Source of the DNA: the human T2T-CHM13v2.0 reference genome, Homo sapiens
NCBI RefSeq assembly: GCF_009914755.1
Contig: NC_060927.1
DNA: 64,000 nucleotides
Reading direction: 5' to 3' (one strand)
Shown here piece after piece: positions 62,401 to 64,000 of this stretch. The notes below the pieces were generated by a model that did no database searches, was not told where the DNA came from, and saw nothing but the letters and a program-made list of their open reading frames with translations. Numbering within the stretch: position 1 is the stretch's first letter; every line of letters begins with the position of its first letter. A program made the position numbers and the translations under genes.

Positions 62401-63933
62401 ATATGAAAGTACATCAAACATATATTTTATTCTGTACATAAAATATCAAAGTACACCAGATATATATTCTATAGTGTACATAAAATATCAAAGTACCCAA
62501 ACTATACATTATATACTGTACATAAAATATGAAATTACAGCAAATATATATTATATTAGGTACATAAAATATGAAAGTACATCAAATATAGATTATATAC
62601 TGTACATTAAATACCAAAGTACCCCAAATATATATTTTATACTGTACATGAAATATCAAAGTTCACAAACTATATATTATATACTGTACATAAAATATCA
62701 ATGTACCCAAGGTATATATTCTATACTGCACAAAAAATATCAAAGTACCCAAAGCATGTATTATATACTGTATATAAAATATGAAAGTACATCAAATATA
62801 TATTTTATTCTGTACATAAAATATCAAAGTACACCAGATATATATTCTATAGTGTACATAAAATATCAAAGTACCCAAACTATACATTATATACTGTACA
62901 TAAAATATGAAATTACATCAAATATATATTATATTAGGTACATAAAATACGAAAGTACATCAAATATAGATTATATACTGTACATAAAATATCAAAGTAC
63001 CCCAATATATATTATATACTGTACATGAAATATCAAAGTTCACAAACTATATATTATGTACTGTACATAAAATATCAAAGTACCCAAGGTATATATTCTA
63101 TACTGTACAAAAAATATCAAAGTACCCAAAGCATGTATTATATAATGTACATAAAATATGAAAGTACATCAAATATATATTTTATTCTGTACATAAAATA
63201 TCAAAGAACACCAGATATATATTCTATAGTGTAAATAAAATATCAAAGTACCCAAACTATACATTATATACTGTACATAAAATATGAAATTACATCATAT
63301 ATATATTAGGTACATAAAATATGAAAGTACATCAAATATATATTTTATTCTGTACATAAAATATCAAAGTACACCAGATATATATTCTATAGTGTACATA
63401 AAATAACAAAGTACACAAACTATAAATTATATACTGTACATAAAATATGAAATTACATCAAATATATATTAGGTACATAAAATATGAAAGTACATCAAAT
63501 ATAGATTATATACTGTACATATAATATCAATGTACCCGAAATATATATTTTATACTCTACATGAAATATCAAAGTTCACAAACCATATATTGTATACTGC
63601 ACATAAAATATCAAAATACCCAAGGTATATATTCTATACTGTACAAAAAATATCAAAGTACCCAAAGCAGGTATTATATACTGTACATAAAATATGAAAG
63701 TACATCAAATATATATTTTATTCTGTACATAAAATATCAAAGTACACCAGATATATATTCTATAGCGTACATGAAATATCAAAGTACACAAACTATACAT
63801 TATATACTGTACATAAAATATGAAATTACATCAAATATATATTAGGTACATAAAATATGAAAGTACATCAAATATAGATTATATACTGTAAATATAATAT
63901 CAATGTACCCCAAATATATATTTTATACTCTAC
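59156..63933 (+). repeat. ~1.29-kb super-period domain (378 + 377/373 + 536)
   Basis: TTGTATACTGCAC-marked HORs start at 59692, 60979, 62270 and 63561 (spacings 1287, 1291, 1291). Confidence 0.82.
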
Positions 63934-64000
63934 ATGAAATATCAAAGTTCACAAACCATATATTATATACTGTACATAAAATATCAAAGTACCCAAGGTA

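Larger units (their letters stand above)
1..64000 (+). repeat. Human satellite 1A (HSat1A / SAR, classical satellite I) tandem array, 42-bp monomer, about 1,500 copies, single orientation
   Basis: Continuous 42-bp periodicity from base 1 to 64000. Monomer of type ACATAAAATAT(C/G)AAAGT + AC(C/A)(C/T)AAATATATATTATATACTGT, with GTAC (RsaI) sites giving alternating 17- and 25-bp pieces, the classic satellite I signature. Very AT-rich, CpG rare. Family assigned by recognition of the consensus, not by database search. Confidence 0.95.

Noticed and set aside
10-63845. The many + strand ORFs as protein-coding genes or an operon of repeat proteins
   Set aside because: They are translations of a 42-bp unit divisible by 3. 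Starts and stops are satellite SNPs, frameshifts are frequent, composition is low-complexity, and there are no recognisable domains. The ATGA/TAAATG overlaps only mimic translational coupling.
1-64000. CRISPR-like array (conserved 17-bp part alternating with variable 25-bp part)
   Set aside because: The variable parts are homologous to each other and recur every 9 units. There are no unique spacers, leader or cas genes.
1-64000. Alpha satellite, HSat2/3 or HSat1B
   Set aside because: No 171-bp period or CENP-B box, no CATTC/GGAAT pentamers, and no Alu-containing ~2.4-kb unit. The local 2419-bp spacing is just a sum of HOR lengths.
1-64000. Transposon insertion, inversion breakpoint or array edge
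   Set aside because: Every A-monomer spacing is explained by multiples of 42 with small indels, leaving no room for foreign sequence, and orientation never switches.
1-64000. Assignment to a particular chromosome or array
   Set aside because: HSat1A occurs on several human chromosomes and related arrays exist in apes. It cannot be resolved without alignment to reference assemblies.

Overview
The whole 64-kb window is one uninterrupted, single-orientation, very AT-rich tandem satellite array. The 42-bp monomer (e.g. ACATAAAATATCAAAGT ACCCAAACTATACATTATATACTGT) splits at its two GTAC/RsaI sites into 17 + 25 bp, and monomers are grouped into a 9-mer higher-order repeat (HOR) of 378 bp. This matches human classical satellite 1A (HSat1A / SAR / satellite I), a pericentromeric and acrocentric short-arm heterochromatic satellite. 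The chromosome cannot be assigned from this window alone. I count about 159 HOR-level units (about 1,500 monomers). I see no genes, RNA genes, transposons or CRISPR array. The ORF track is an artefact of a 42-bp (14-codon) unit with one nearly stop-free frame. I find no evidence for an undescribed gene-based system. What is worth attention is the architecture above the HOR: length variants (373/376/377/380 bp), recurrent 13-mer (536 bp) and 14-mer (583 bp) recombinant HORs, nested tandem duplications (378, 751, 1291, 1338, ~3600, 5316, 5644, ~8.3-9.1 kb), dispersed multi-kb copies (offsets 23,888, ~42,651, 47,794), two more-diverged islands, and a once-per-HOR motif that is both a 9-bp inverted repeat and a minus-strand poly(A)-signal-like cassette. 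All offsets were worked out by eye from ORF starts and marker SNPs and should be confirmed by self-alignment.
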